This document shows positions 40,874-64,000 of a DNA stretch of 64,000 bases, piece after piece. The stretch lies in NCBI RefSeq assembly GCF_009914755.1, contig NC_060933.1, one strand, 5' to 3'. Every line of letters starts with the position of its first letter. Within the stretch, counting starts at the first letter, position 1. Source of the DNA: the human T2T-CHM13v2.0 reference genome, Homo sapiens. The notes below the pieces were generated by a model, which saw only the letters and a program-made list of their open reading frames with translations, was not told the origin of the DNA and made no database searches. The position numbers and the translations under genes are program-made.

Positions 40874-42852
40874 ATGCAATAGCTTTATAATGAATTCTGA
40901 TTGTAAATTTGGAGATGATATATTAAGGTATAAAGAGGAAAGTGAAAATCATAATCTCATTACCCAAGGATAACTACTTCTAATGTTTTGGTACATACGC
41001 TTCCTTATTCATAATCCCCTCTCTTTTACACACACACAAATGTACACGTAAAATAGATAGACTTTACACACATAAAATTTTATTGTAACATTTTGAGAAA
41101 CACGGTTTTGTAATTTTTTCTTTAAAAATATTGCAAATAAGTTCTGTGAATAACATATAATAACATACATCTTAGTTTTCAGATTTTGTTTTTTGCTCTT
41201 GGGGGTGGCAGGTTCGCTTTTGGCTAAAATGAATCGTCTCAGTATCTTTGATTTTCCTTCTCTCCTCTAAGCTGTTGCTTTTGGAAGGGGCGCCTGGATC
41301 TCCCTCCTATTTACTTGGGGGCAAACACATAGTATCATGGGGTTTTGAAGACACGTTGCCTGTGCCAGATAGCAACACTGGCTGTAGTTCTGAAAATATT
41401 AGCGTTTTTGTCCTGTGATTAATACTAAGATGTAAATGAAGTGGTTTAGATCACTGTAGCAAATGACCTAGCTATAACTGTGTGTGTGTTTTAGATCATT
41501 GTAGCCAATGATTTAGATACAACTCTGTGAGTACCTTTTAATTAAGGGCTCAAGATTTCTACACAGTATGTTCATTGTCTGCTTTATTTGTAGAAGCGTA
41601 AAAGCTGATACTTGGGTGATGTAAGAAAATGGATAGGTTTTACTATCACAAGGAAAAGGTAATATCCATACACTTTTGCCAAGGAGGCATGGGTTACTTA
41701 AATTGGCTTCTGGATATTGGAGTTTGGGTATGATAGCCTTACGTTGAATTTTTTGGTTACTGCTTGATAATATTTATTTCAGTAATTGTGTTTAGTAATT
41801 GATTGTGTGTGTTAATGAACAGTCCTGTCCTAAAAGCAAAAATGAAGTGGTTCAAGGGAGCATGAATTGTTAACATCTCCTTTAAACAAATAGGCTAGGT
41901 TAAAATTTTTTTACAGAGCTTTACAGTATTACATGTGAGTTTATTACACTATTACATGTCAATAAAAATGGCAGCAGAAGCTCTCTTAACTGACTTGCCA
42001 GATGGATTAGATCTCTCCATTCACTCAATAAAATGTCCATTTTATTGAGTTTTAATCCGTTCAGAATCCATTTAGAAATACTATCTTATTTAACCTGTAT
42101 CCTGTTTCAACTAGCAACTGGATTATAAGAGTATGTGTATTAAATATTTTAGAAGACAGATTCTTTTAAATAAATAAAAATTATCACACAGGCTGTCTTA
42201 AACTTTTAAAAAAGAGATCTGATTTTAGATTTGGTTAAAATACTAGCCTACATTAGTATTCTTTCTAGGAAATAAATATTCATATAAATTGTTTTTCCAG
42301 AAATTGGCCTTGAATACAGATTTCAGATCGTTGAAAACGGAACCATTTGAAATCTGCATTTCCTTTCCTTTTCCTAATTTATTTCAGTCGCTCAATAGGA
42401 TTTTCTCATGGAATTAACTTTTCCCTCTCAGCGTAGTTACATAAGCTTGCTGTTGTAATCATGAAAAATAATTACCCATTTCAGCACTTACTAACGTGGA
42501 CTTTACTTGAAGGGTCTCTGGTTTTAAAGTCAGAGCACATGGCTAGAGGCAGATGAAGAGTACCTCATCATTCATAGCCACTGAGTCTCTATAATTTCTA
42601 AATGCCTTTGGAAAGCTAGATCTCATACTCAAAAGCATGCTTTTGTGTTACAAATTTTTTAGTGAACTACTTACTCAGGTCATAATGCTTTTAAAGCCCT
42701 GCTTTTCTTTCCTCAGAATAAACTGAATTACATGTTACCAATAACAATGCCACATCATTTCAAAGGAAACTGAATTAAGTAATCCAAGTCCGGGTTGCTG
42801 AAAACTAGATGACACAGGGTAGGCACTGTTTTGGTTACCGTGCAAAGGATCT

Positions 42853-43208
42853 CTATTAGTCAGCTTGGGCTGCCATAATAAAATACCATAGAACTGGGTG
42901 GCTTAATTTTCTCACGGTTCTGGAGGCTAGAAGCTGTAGATCAGGGTGCTGCTGCTTTGGTTCCTGATGAGGGCTTTCTTCCTGGCTTATAGGTTGGCTG
43001 GCATCTTGTCCTCACATGGCAAAGGGGAGAGTACTGTAGTCTCACCTTGTCTTAAAACGACACCAGTTCTATCAGATTAGAGTCCCACCCCATGACCTCA
43101 TTTAACTGTTAGTACCTCCTCACAGGCCCTGTCTCCAAATTTAGCTATATTAGGGATTAAAGATTCAACATATACATTTTGAGAGGGCACAAACGTTCAG
43201 TCCGTAAA
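42853..43208 (-). mobile_element. MLT1A/MSTD-like MaLR LTR
   Basis: TATTAGTCAGCTTGGGCTGCCATAATAAAATACCATAG...ACGTTCAGTCCGTAA. Confidence 0.7.
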
Positions 43209-43725
43209 AGAAACTAGTTGTTTAATTAACAAGGATTGTTGAGCCCTGATATCTTGTTATACCTGCCTGTGTCCTTCCCCCATTCCCCTCCACTCTCATT
43301 TCCTCAAAAACACTCAGATAAGGATTTTTTTCAGATACTGTTATTGTTACTTATCAAACTACGTAGTAACATTATGAATTATAAATGTTATTAGCCATTG
43401 AGAAAGTAGCTGTGCACTGACTGACCCCAATTGACTGGGAGGGCTAGATGGTGCCTTCTCTGTGGTGGAAGATAGGTTGGAGAAATGTGGTTGGTAGCAA
43501 ATGCTGTCTGATTTGAACAGCTTTAAAGAAGGCTGGTTCTAGTTGATTTCAGTTCTCTCCAGATGCCATTTGAATCTAAACCAATTTTCTAGTTCTTATC
43601 ATTACAGAATTGTCTTCTGGAACAATTATTTCTTTTTGTTACTTGGTAGCAATATGGATGTAGCTTTCTGAATCATTAAGGCATTTTAACTCATCTTTCA
43701 TTCTCTTATTTTTTAAGTCCTTTAG

Positions 43726-47881
<4,156 letters not shown>

Positions 47882-49354
47882 GTAACAATAATAATAAAAA
47901 TAATCCTAGACCCCTAGAATTAGAAGGACTCTTGCACTATGAGAGGATTCTATTTTAGAGCACCTGGAAAGATGGTTTTCCAACCTCTATCCTAGTGCCA
48001 GGGAATTTCTTCTCAGAAGTGTTCCATCGATAGCTCTCATTTTTGAAAAGGTTATGCCTTTTAAATCAAAGTCTGTAACCCTTTGATTTCTACCATTTTG
48101 TCTTGGTTTTGTCTTCTGAAAGAAAGCGGTGTTTAAAATTGAGGAGTGTTGTATGTGAAGACACTAATAAAAGGAACGCCAATATATAAACGTTTCTCCT
48201 TACCCTTTTTTTGGTTAGTGTTTGAACTTTATGGCTTTTCTTTCTGGAGGACAAGATTGAGAAAAGTCTTTTTATTATTTACATTTTAGTAAATAGTAAC
48301 CGTCTAGAGTTTGAGTGGCAAGAATTTTGAAGTTTGGCTGCCCTTGTGTACTACTGGTAGATTTTCTGCAAGTTGCTATTTACTGTTTGTTTCTTATTTA
48401 TCAGAAAATAATTGAGGAGATAGCAGCCAATCTGAGCTAATTCAGATTTGTAAGGTCCTTAGTGTCCTGAAATAGTTAACATATTTCTTAATCTAAAGCA
48501 AGTCCCCCAATGCACTTAAAGAAGTGTGGATTAACTTTTTAAATATGTTTGAGGACATGGTGAAGCATACTAAACACATATTTAACCAATGCTTCCCATT
48601 TTCACTTTCTAATAATTTTATGATAGTTTGTAATTGTTTTGTTTGGAATTAGTGATGAATGGAAATCACTTAAAAAAAAAAGTTGAGAAGTCATATCTGC
48701 TTAGGTGGCTTTCCTGCGGTGTTTTCATCCATCAAAGATGTTTATTTGTGAAGTGAAAGATAAAGAAATTTACTTCAGAAGACTGAGTGTATGGTTTAGG
48801 TGATTATTAATAGAGGGAAGTAGATAAAAGGTTAAGAAACCTGAAGAGAGAAAAAAAATGAGCCAGAAAAAGATGAGAACATGTACAGCATTTTGGCATC
48901 ATGCCATGTCAGATCTGAAAGGAACCCCAGCCGCCTACTAAAACTCTCGATAGCTCTGTAATACCTGCAACAGTTGGAAACTGGATAGCTTCAGTGACGG
49001 CAAATCCGCTGTTGCACATCAGTTTGTTCCATTGGTGGCTGCTTGTGTTATCATCTCATGCTTTCATTCACTAAAACTGTTTTCTACATTCATTCTCCAC
49101 TATTCCTGGTTCTTCCTTCTAGAGCTATGTAAATAAATCTGAATTTCTAGTTTTCTTTAAGATTTGACCTTCCTTCATGTATCTTAATGGCTTCTTGACC
49201 TACTTTCCTCTCCAAAAGTGCATACAAGTTCATACTAAACTGATTCATTTCTTCTATTTCACATGTAATATGGAGTCTAAACCCTTTATCTCTGCTCTTA
49301 ACAGAGTAGATTGGTTGCAGTTTCTTGGGTGCAGGAATGAAAAAATGAGTACAT

Positions 49355-49522
49355 TTGCCTCAGCCTCCCATATAGCTGGGACTGTATAGGTGCATGCCAC
49401 TACACCTGGTTAATTTTTGTATTTTTTGGTAGAGACGGTGTATCACCCTGTTGGGCCAGGTTTGTCTTGAACTCCAGACCTCACTGCCTGCCTTGGCCTC
49501 CCAAATTACTGGGATTACAGGC
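49355..49522 (-). mobile_element. Truncated Alu at the probable PARG/GTF2I block junction
   Basis: Begins mid right arm (TGCCTCAGCCTCCC) with no tail. Confidence 0.75.
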
Positions 49523-50204
49523 ATAAGTCACTGCGTCTGGCTTGGGGGAGTTACTGTTGAAGTATTGTCTTTGTATCCCAAAGCAGGCCCTTCTGAAACT
49601 GATGATGTTGATGAAAAACTCCTTCTACTGAAGTCTTTGCAATGTATAATCTTTTCACTTCCATTTTCCTACATACTGTTTCTATTGGTTCCTTGTATTC
49701 CACAGACTGTGTTTTAGTATTTATAAGTATAGTGTTCCTTTTCTATGTGGAAAAGGGAAAATGTATTGGCCTTTTTTTAACATATAAATGAACTTCACAA
49801 GCAACAATTTTTCAAATCAGTTTTCCCTGTTGTGAATCTCGAAGTGGGTACATGATGCACTTTCCCATTTAAGGTAAAGTACACATTTATCCCTTATCTC
49901 AGAACAGTCAGAAGTCAGGTTCTTATTGTATGGTTAGTAATGCAAATATTGATAAGGTCATGTCAATACTTAGTATTTAGAAGAATTCTGAAATAGCACT
50001 TGTTACTCTGTAAGTTTTATGCATTTATTACTTTTTTTGAATTTTTTATAATGTTCCCAAACTTGACTGCCTTACTTCTATCTCTTCTGGCCTCAAGTAC
50101 AACAAGATGTATTTTCTTTAGATTTAGCATATAATATAAATTCAATTGTTTATTTCAGATTTTGAAAGAACAAAGAGGAACTACAGAATCATTGCTTACA
50201 TTGA

Positions 50205-50591
50205 CACCGGCCCTGTTGTCCCAATGGATGGGTTTTTTTTGGATGAACGTCAAAATTGACCCTGCTGTTAAAGCTTGAAACTTGGATCTGTTGTATCTGA
50301 GTTCTCTCCTCAAAAAAAGACCTTCAGGAAGTATCAGATAACTGAAACATACCAGATCACAGCACCACATGCCTCCTGCCCCTCCCTAATTTCTGTTCTC
50401 TTATACATTGTTAAATTTTTTTCCTGCCCCTATTAGTCAAGCCCATGGATTTGAGACTGAGCTTCCAGCTCCTGGGCCGCAGCACCAGGTTAAAGCTTTC
50501 TTCCTTGGCAGTACTTGTCACCTCAGTGACTGGCTTTTTCTCCGATGAGCAGGAGGACCTGGACGAAACCCCTAGTGTTTGGGTAATAACA
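50205..50591 (+). mobile_element. ERV1-class LTR (MER50-like)
   Basis: 3' end GGATTTGAGACTGA...TAAAGCTTTCTTCCTTGGCA...AAACCCCTAGTGTTTGGGTAATAACA. Confidence 0.55.
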
Positions 50592-51838
50592 TGAACGACC
50601 ATCTTAACTGTTATTCTTTATTGAAATTTTACTTTTTAACTACTGGCCTCTTGTTCATTATCTCCCATTCTTTTGACTTCATATCTCTTTTTTCGTTGAC
50701 TTTACAGTCAAGGAACTTGATGCTCCCTAAATCCAAATATTACGGTTAAAAGAAGAGAGAGGAAATGTGTGCAGAGAAAGTGTATTTTACAAATGAATTA
50801 AAGGTGGATTCTGAGATACAGGTTTATAGATTTACCTAGAGTTTTGAGTTCAGGTGAGTTTTCACAATATGCAGTAAGTGGAAAAGAATCCCAAAATAAT
50901 TGTGACATGAAAAAGCTAGATGTTGAAAACCAAAAAGATTTCACTTTGGTATGGCACTTTTAATTCAAGAATACTAGCCACCAAATGAGTTTTTCTGACT
51001 GTAATCATTGCTCTTTAAAAATTGAGATGTATTTATAACTTTTGTTTGACTTTTAGTACAGCTTCTGAATTTAGTTATCAACAGATAGGACAAAATAGAT
51101 GAGCATCTGCTTCCCTTCCCCCTAAACAATGTATTCTTACCGAAATGTAATATATTTTTATTTATACTTGAAGACAGTGTTTTTCAATCTTTTCCATGTT
51201 AGTAGCTCAGATCTTTAAGGACAGAGGATGTGTACTGGGGGCAGTTTGTGGTCTTAATCCTAAGTGGCACTCTGATATTTTAGATTATTTCTTTCATATT
51301 TGTGAGTAAAACTTCTGCTCCAGTAGGATGAGCCTGTTTACCTTGTGACTGCCTAACAGATCTGTTGCTTTATATGCCAGTTTTTAGAAGCAGGCAGATT
51401 ACGTTACTTGGATTAAAATGTTTTTGACACTAAAGGTAGTATCTTAAATTTTTACATATGAGTTACTTTAAGTACAACTTTGCTTAAATTATGGGGATCG
51501 AGTTTCCATAACTTTCACCATAGTGAAAATGGAAAGCAGGGAACATTCCACAGCAAATCCTGAACTTATTTACAGAGTTAATTGAGCAAAGCAGGCATTC
51601 ACACTTGTGTGTGTGTGTCAGTGACAGATGAGCATGGTACTTGTAGCATAATTGTGCTGCTTCAGATTCCAATATCCAGTAATTTTATCATGTAGCTAGA
51701 GTAACTAATATTAAGTCCCCAAGCCTACTTGGGTCTACTGTATTTGTATTTTAAAAGAATGTTTTTAAGCTACCAAATAGACATGTTATATATTTCTTCT
51801 GAATTAGAAAACGTTATTTGGATTAATAGAGTTAATAG

Positions 51839-52164
<326 letters not shown>

Positions 52165-52368
52165 TATTATGTCTTAAAAGTGCTTGCATCGTCACCTAGA
52201 TTATTTTTTATCTTTCAATGTGAGTTTTTATTGGTTTATATGTTGTTTGTTTTCTTTTTAGGAAGCCATCATTCTTTAGAGGGCAATGACCAAACAGTAC
52301 CAGCAGAAATTGAAGTACCAGCAGAAGGCTAAGAAGGTTAGGAGAAAAAGACATTTTGTATTTTACTG

Positions 52369-52658
52369 TTTTTTTCTTTTTTTTTTTTTAGACGAAGTCT
52401 TGCTCTGTCACCAGGCTAGAGTGCAGTGGCACGATCTCGGCTCACTGCAACCTCTGATTCCCTGGTTCAAGTGATTCTCCTGCCTCAGCCTCCTAAGTAG
52501 CTGGGATTATAGGCACAGACCACCACATCCAGCTATTTTTTGTATTTTTGGTAGAGACCAGGGTTTCACCATGTTGGCCAGGATGGTCTCAATCTTTTGA
52601 CCTCCTGATCCACCCACCTCGGCCTCCCAACATGCTGGGATTACAGATGTGGGCGCTT
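52369..52658 (-). mobile_element. AluS between GTF2I-like exon 11 and exon 2
   Basis: Full reverse-strand dimer; no evident TSD. Confidence 0.85.
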
Positions 52659-53867
52659 GGCCACCTCCTCTTGGGAGAAATGCATTGATTCTGGTTGCCA
52701 CGTGGATTTATTTTGGGAGTGATATTCATCTAACTTCATGGAAATAATACTAGATAGAAAGTTAGCGGATGAATTCTCTATCTGATGAGAGTTTTGGGCA
52801 AATCGAATACCAAGTTACCAAGTTTTGTTTTTTTCTCTGATGCAAAGAAACAATTTGCCAGCCAGTGAAAAACTCTCACAGCTCTGGATGTGAGTTTAGG
52901 ATACTGGATTTCTACCATTCAATTTCTTACTACTTTTCTTGCACAGGGATCATGGCACAAGCTGCAGTTTCCACCCTGCCCATTGAAGATGAGGAGTCCA
53001 TGGAAGATGAGGAGTCCGTTGAAGATGAGTCTGTTGAAGATGAGTCCGCAGAGAACAGGATGGTGGTGACATTGCTCATATCAGCTCTTGAGTCCATGGT
53101 GAGACCTTCTGTTCTAACATTCTGTAATTGGGTAGTACTGGGTGGTAGATAAGGTTGATTTGTTTTTGTAGAATTTATAATTTTATGATTTATAGTTCTA
53201 ATGAGTAGATCTTTTTCTTGAATAGTAATTATGGTCAAACACTTCTGACCAAATGTGCCATGTTGTCCAGCCTGGTCTCAAAATTCGGGGCTCAAGAGAC
53301 CTGCCCACCTTGGCCTCCCAAAATACTGGGATTACAGGTGTAAGCCCCTGAATCTGGCCAGATATTTTTCTTTTTATGGCTGAATAATACTCTGTGTATG
53401 TATATATTACATTTTCTTTATCCATTCACCTACTGATGGGCATTAGGGTTGGTTCTACCTTTTGGCCACTGTGAATAATGCTGCTGTTAAACGGGTGTAC
53501 AAATACCTGTTTGAGTCCCTGCTCTCAGTTATTTTGGGTATATACACTTAAAGGGTGTTGGTGGATCATATAATTCTGTGCTTAATATTTTTAAGGAGCT
53601 GCTAAACCATTTTCCACAGTGGGCTGTACCATTTTACATTCCAAAAGGCAATGCATACAGCTTCCAATTTCTCTATAGCATTGCTGACAGTTAATATTTT
53701 CTGTTTATGTATTGTATTTTTATAGTGTTTGAAATTAATCTGAGGGTTTTTGCTGATACCAAAATATTAGGAAAGGTTTTCCAAAAATAATACTGCTTAT
53801 TATAAAGAATTTTATGTGTTACTTGATGCCCTGTGATCCATTTTCTCAGTAAGAAGAGGAACTTCTT

Positions 53868-54172
53868 GGCTGGGCGCAGCAGCTCATGCCTGTAATCCCA
53901 GCACTTTGGGAGGCCGAGGCAGGTGGATCACAAGGTCAGGAGTTCAAGACCAGCCTGGCCAACATAGTGAAACCCAGTCTCTACTAAACAAACAAACAAA
54001 CAAAAATTAGCTGGGTGTGGTGGCGGGCACCTCTAATCCCAGCTACTCGGAAGGCTGAGGCAGAGAATTGGTTGAACCTGGGAGGCGGAGGTTGCAGTGA
54101 CCGAGATTGCGCCACTGCACCCAGCCTGTGTGATAGAGTGAGACTCCATCTCAAAAAAAAAAAAAAAAAAAA
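53868..54172 (+). mobile_element. AluS (Sg-like)
   Basis: TSD AAGAAGAGGAACTTCT. Confidence 0.9.
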
Positions 54173-54281
54173 TGGAAAGAAGAGGAACTTCTCTCCATTC
54201 AACCTCAGTCCACTGCACCAACTCTTCTGTGTCGGGTTGTGCAGGGGAGAAAGGGAGCTTGGCACCTCTTTGCTGTGTTGA

Positions 54282-54778
<497 letters not shown>

Positions 54779-54781
54779 TAG

Positions 54782-55090
<309 letters not shown>

Positions 55091-55169
55091 TAAGGCTGAT
55101 TTATTTTTGTAGAACTTACAATTTTATGATTTTCAGTTGTAATGAGTAGACCTTTTTCGTGAATAGTAG

Positions 55170-58738
<3,569 letters not shown>

Positions 58739-58739
58739 C

Positions 58740-59564
<825 letters not shown>

Positions 59565-61924
59565 CCTGGTATGACAAAGATAAGAAGTCGGTCGTGAAAA
59601 TTTCTGAATGTGGTTTAGGACAAGGAACCCCAGTAAGATTCAGAGACAACCTAGAAAATTGAAAGAAAATTTTACTACTGAAATCATCCTTCTATAAAAA
59701 ATAATAGAAGATGTCAAATATGAAAATAAAACTGTCCTCTGGGCCCTCAATTTTCTGTGTTATGGGAGAAGGCAGACAGCTACTCAGCAGTTATATCCCA
59801 TAAGAATGGATAATACTAAAACAACTGACAGCATCAAGTATTGGTTGGAAAGTGGAACTGATTCTCTCATTTTCATTGTAGTTTAAGATGGCATAACCAC
59901 TTAGGAAAATGTCTCCCCATTTCATACAATGCCAAATATATACTTATTTTATAACCCAGAAAATCCACTCTTATGTACTTAAACTCAAGAAAGGTGAAAA
60001 TATTATTACAGAAAAAAATATGTATATCTGATTTGTTCGTAGCAGGTTTATTCATGATAGCCTCAAATCAGAAACTGCTTTTGTGTCTATCAATAGTGGA
60101 ATGGATTAAAAACAAAACAAGCAAAGGCCTCAAACCTGTGGTATAGTCATAAAATTGAATATTACAAAATAATGAATAATCAATAGGAGCAAAATGATGT
60201 GTCACAAGCATGTTTAGTGAGTGAACATAAAAATTATATAATTTATAGTTTCACTTACATAAATGGTGAAAACAGACAAAACTAACCTTTTGTGGAAAGA
60301 ATCAAAACCGTGGAAGCCTCTGTGTTCAAATACTGACTGGAAATGGGCAGGAGAAAACATGTTTCTGCCAGATCTTCTATATGCCTGATGTGCATTCACT
60401 CGATGTATTTTGCGTATACTATTTTTGCAAATAAAACTGAGATAAAGGCAAAATAACTCAAGAGAAAATAGGTAGAAATAGGTAGAGTTGGGATAGAAGC
60501 CTTGGAAGCTACCCCTGTACCTTGCCCACCTGGCACAGGCCGAGGAAGTCCTGGGACAATGCTGTGAGCGACCTGAGGGCCGTCCAGGGGAGCCCCGCCA
60601 GCCCATGCTGGCGCCCGAGCTGCCCGCCGCCATCTGAATATGTTGCAAAGACAGTGCTGGCTTGGCAACCGGTGACGCTCCACGCCCCACCCCGACCCCC
60701 ACTTCTACCCAAGTAGTGGCAACGCTAGAGACAGATGCCTGGGCGGCAGCGGTTAAGTCTGGCAGTTGGCCAGGCGGCCAAAGGACGGGAAGTGGCTGTT
60801 CACCCCATCCCAGTTCCACAGAGAACTCAACCACTATGGCCCCTGAGCGGACCTTCAGGCCTGGTGGGCTGTGCTCTGTGCCCGCAAACCTGACGCCATC
60901 CAGGGGAGCTCCGCCTTCCCGCGCCAGCGCCTCAGCTGCTGCAGAAAACTGCAAAACTGCAAGTTGCACACGGGCAGAGATGACGGAGCAACCCCCAACC
61001 CTCCGCGCCACTCACCCTACCTGCACACCTGCCGCGCGGACCCTGGGGCGGGTGCCTGGGCGCCCAAGTCAGGCAGTCCGCACAGCAGTGGCACCAGGGT
61101 GAAAACCTGCTGCTCGGTACCATCCCGGTTACCACGAAGAGCCAGTCCCGGCGGCCCCTGCGTTCTTGGAGGAGGCCAAGTCAGAGCAACCTCTCAAGTG
61201 GGAGGGCGATGCACTTGACCCTGAGGACATCAGGTACCAGGCCCGCCAGCTCACGCCGGCATCGGAGCCGCAGCTGCAGTCTAGACGTGGTGCACCGGCA
61301 GCAAGTGACTGGACACTCCAGACCAGGCCCGCCCCGCAGTAGCGTGGATCCTGAGGCCAGACCCCCAGGCGGCAAAATCAGGCAACCGGCCCCGCCAGCA
61401 GCCGCTGTTTCATCCGTGTGGACACAGAGTGCCCAGCGCCAGGGCCCAGGATCCAGAAAGATGTCCAAGAGGAGCGGACCTTGAGGCCAGGTGGGCTGTG
61501 CGCTCTGCGGCCCTGAGGCCATCCAAAGGAAGCTCCGCCAACCTGCGCCAGTGCCAGATCTGCAGCTGCAAACCGCGCGTGTGGCACTGGCAGCAGTGAG
61601 GGCGGGTGGGGGAAGGAGCAGCCCCTGACTCTACCTCCATCCCTCTCCAGCTACCTGACACTAGCCACACAGATTTCAGGGCCAGAGCCTCAGCGTTCAG
61701 CCAATCCGCGAAGCCACTCAGGTGGCCGCGGAGTGCCCTTGCCAGCACCGTATCTCCCTTCCGAGGAGGAGCGGGGCGGGCTGCAAGGCCAGACAGGCCC
61801 TCCTTCTCAGGCCGGGCTGGCTGCGCGCCTGCGATCCTGGGGCCGCCCGGGCGATCCCAGGAGAACCGGCGAGCCCATCGGCGCACGCCCAGAGCTGCAG
61901 CCCCACCTGCTGGCGCGCGCCTCT

Positions 61925-62027
61925 AGGGAGCGTCTTCCGGGAGCCCGGCAGCAACCGCGGTGCAGGCGCGCGCCGCCAGGGAGCGTCTTCTGGGAGCCCG
62001 GCAGCAACTGCCGTGCAGGCGCGCGCC
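61925..62027 (+). repeat. 53-bp tandem duplication in the proximal promoter
   Basis: AGGGAGCGTCTTC(C/T)GGGAGCCCGGCAGCAAC...GTGCAGGCGCGCGCC x2. Confidence 0.9.
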
Positions 62028-62280
62028 CAACGGCTTTGCGAGGCTCACTCGGTCTGAGAGGTCGGAGGCTGCGAGTGTCGCTGCTGAAGGCTGTGGTGGA
62101 CCGGGCTGGATCGCGGATTGTGGAGTAGATTATAGATTTGAAATAGCGGAGTTGGGGTTGGATCGGGGCTTTGGGGTTGGATAGGGGATTTGGGGCTGGG
62201 TCGGCCGGGGTCGGGGAGGGGGGTGGTGAAAAGGTGACAGGGAGCTGCCCTCGCTCAAGAGCCGGTGGTTGGGGGTCTGA

Positions 62281-62499
<219 letters not shown>

Positions 62500-62832
62500 T
62501 AGCGGGGGCTCAGCCGGGGGTGGGAGGGGGCCCCCAGGCCCGGCTTCCCCGCAGACCCTGGGACGGGGCCGTGCAGGGCGCCGGGCACCCTCGGAGCGGC
62601 GGAGCCAAACGGACTCTCAGCTGTTTTCCATCCCTCATAATTCCCTGGCTGGAGCAGTTGGAGAATTTGAGTGATTTAACTCACAAAGTTAAGCATATAC
62701 AGCGTTGTTATTTTTAACGTACACGTTTAAAACATGGTTTATATACATTATAGGAGGTGCCTAATGAGAGTACTTGTTCCCCTATCAAAAATAACCGTGA
62801 GTTGTTTCAGTGGGCGAAAAGTTCTCAGATAA

Positions 62833-63231
<399 letters not shown>

Positions 63232-64000
63232 TAAGATATATATATATTACTGATATGTATACATATATAACACATATAATATGTTATATATATCAGTTAT
63301 ATATACACATTAGATGAAAAGTACCTCTTCATTTTACAGGAAATTCTTTCAAATCAAATCATCAAACACTCTAAAAGTGGGCAAAGTACCTTTTTCCAGA
63401 TCTACAAGTTACTTATATACATAGGAAAAAATCCTTCGCATTTCTGGTATAAGAATTTAAACTAAAAGAGGAATGAAACAGTTTTCTATCCACAATATTT
63501 GTGAGGATGTTTTATACTGCTGCTTGAAGTTGCTGATTACTTTTCAAAGTACTCATTTGAAAATGGTAAGTACTACATTTAAAAAATGTGTATGCCCTTT
63601 ACCCACCAATTCCATTATACTAAAATACCCTTAGGAAATAAAGATACATGCACTTTATTTTTCACAGTACTTTAAAGAGAACCCATAGAATGGATCCTAT
63701 AAATAAATTTCAGTTGCATCCATAGGATGGAATAATATGTGACCACTGAAGGTGGCAGTAGATACAGAAGTACGTTGATGTGCAAAGATGTATTTTGTTA
63801 TAGCTAGCAAGGAGAAAAAATTAGTTAAATTATACATACACAAACATACTATGGTCTTGTTTTAGCAAAAATATGTACAAAATATAAAATTTGTAATTTC
63901 TGAGCATTTGTATTTTAAGTAAAGTTTTTTTCCTTTTTCTTATCTGTGATTGCTGCAGTGAGTACAAAACTTCTAGTAAAAGTTTATTATTAATGGACTA

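Noticed and set aside
60214-62184. Many overlapping 65-265 aa ORFs on both strands
   Set aside because: Expected in very GC-rich CpG-island DNA; no recognisable protein

Overview
Human/primate genomic DNA: a repeat-rich mosaic of segmental duplications, most likely from an ANKRD20A pericentromeric duplicon (probably the chr9p12-q13 cluster, but the copy cannot be determined here). From left to right: (1) an unassigned repeat-rich block (1-~6300); (2) an unprocessed copy of the ADGRF5/GPR116 3' end (+) and the MEP1A 3' end (-), tail-to-tail as on 6p12, both disabled by stops (~6307-34250); (3) a palindromic TATA/CCAAT bidirectional promoter-like element flanked by divergent BAGE-exon-1-like units, then a 1.2-kb purine-rich repeat and an old L1 (35130-40700); (4) two PARG pseudo-exons (+); (5) GTF2I-like pseudo-exons in scrambled order, 10-11-2-2 (+); (6) an Alu-dense zone containing an ~825-bp palindrome; (7) a CpG island and coding exon 1 of an ANKRD20A gene (+). 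Gene identities come from translating exons and comparing them with protein sequences recalled from memory, not from a database search. Repeat subfamily calls and many repeat boundaries are approximate.
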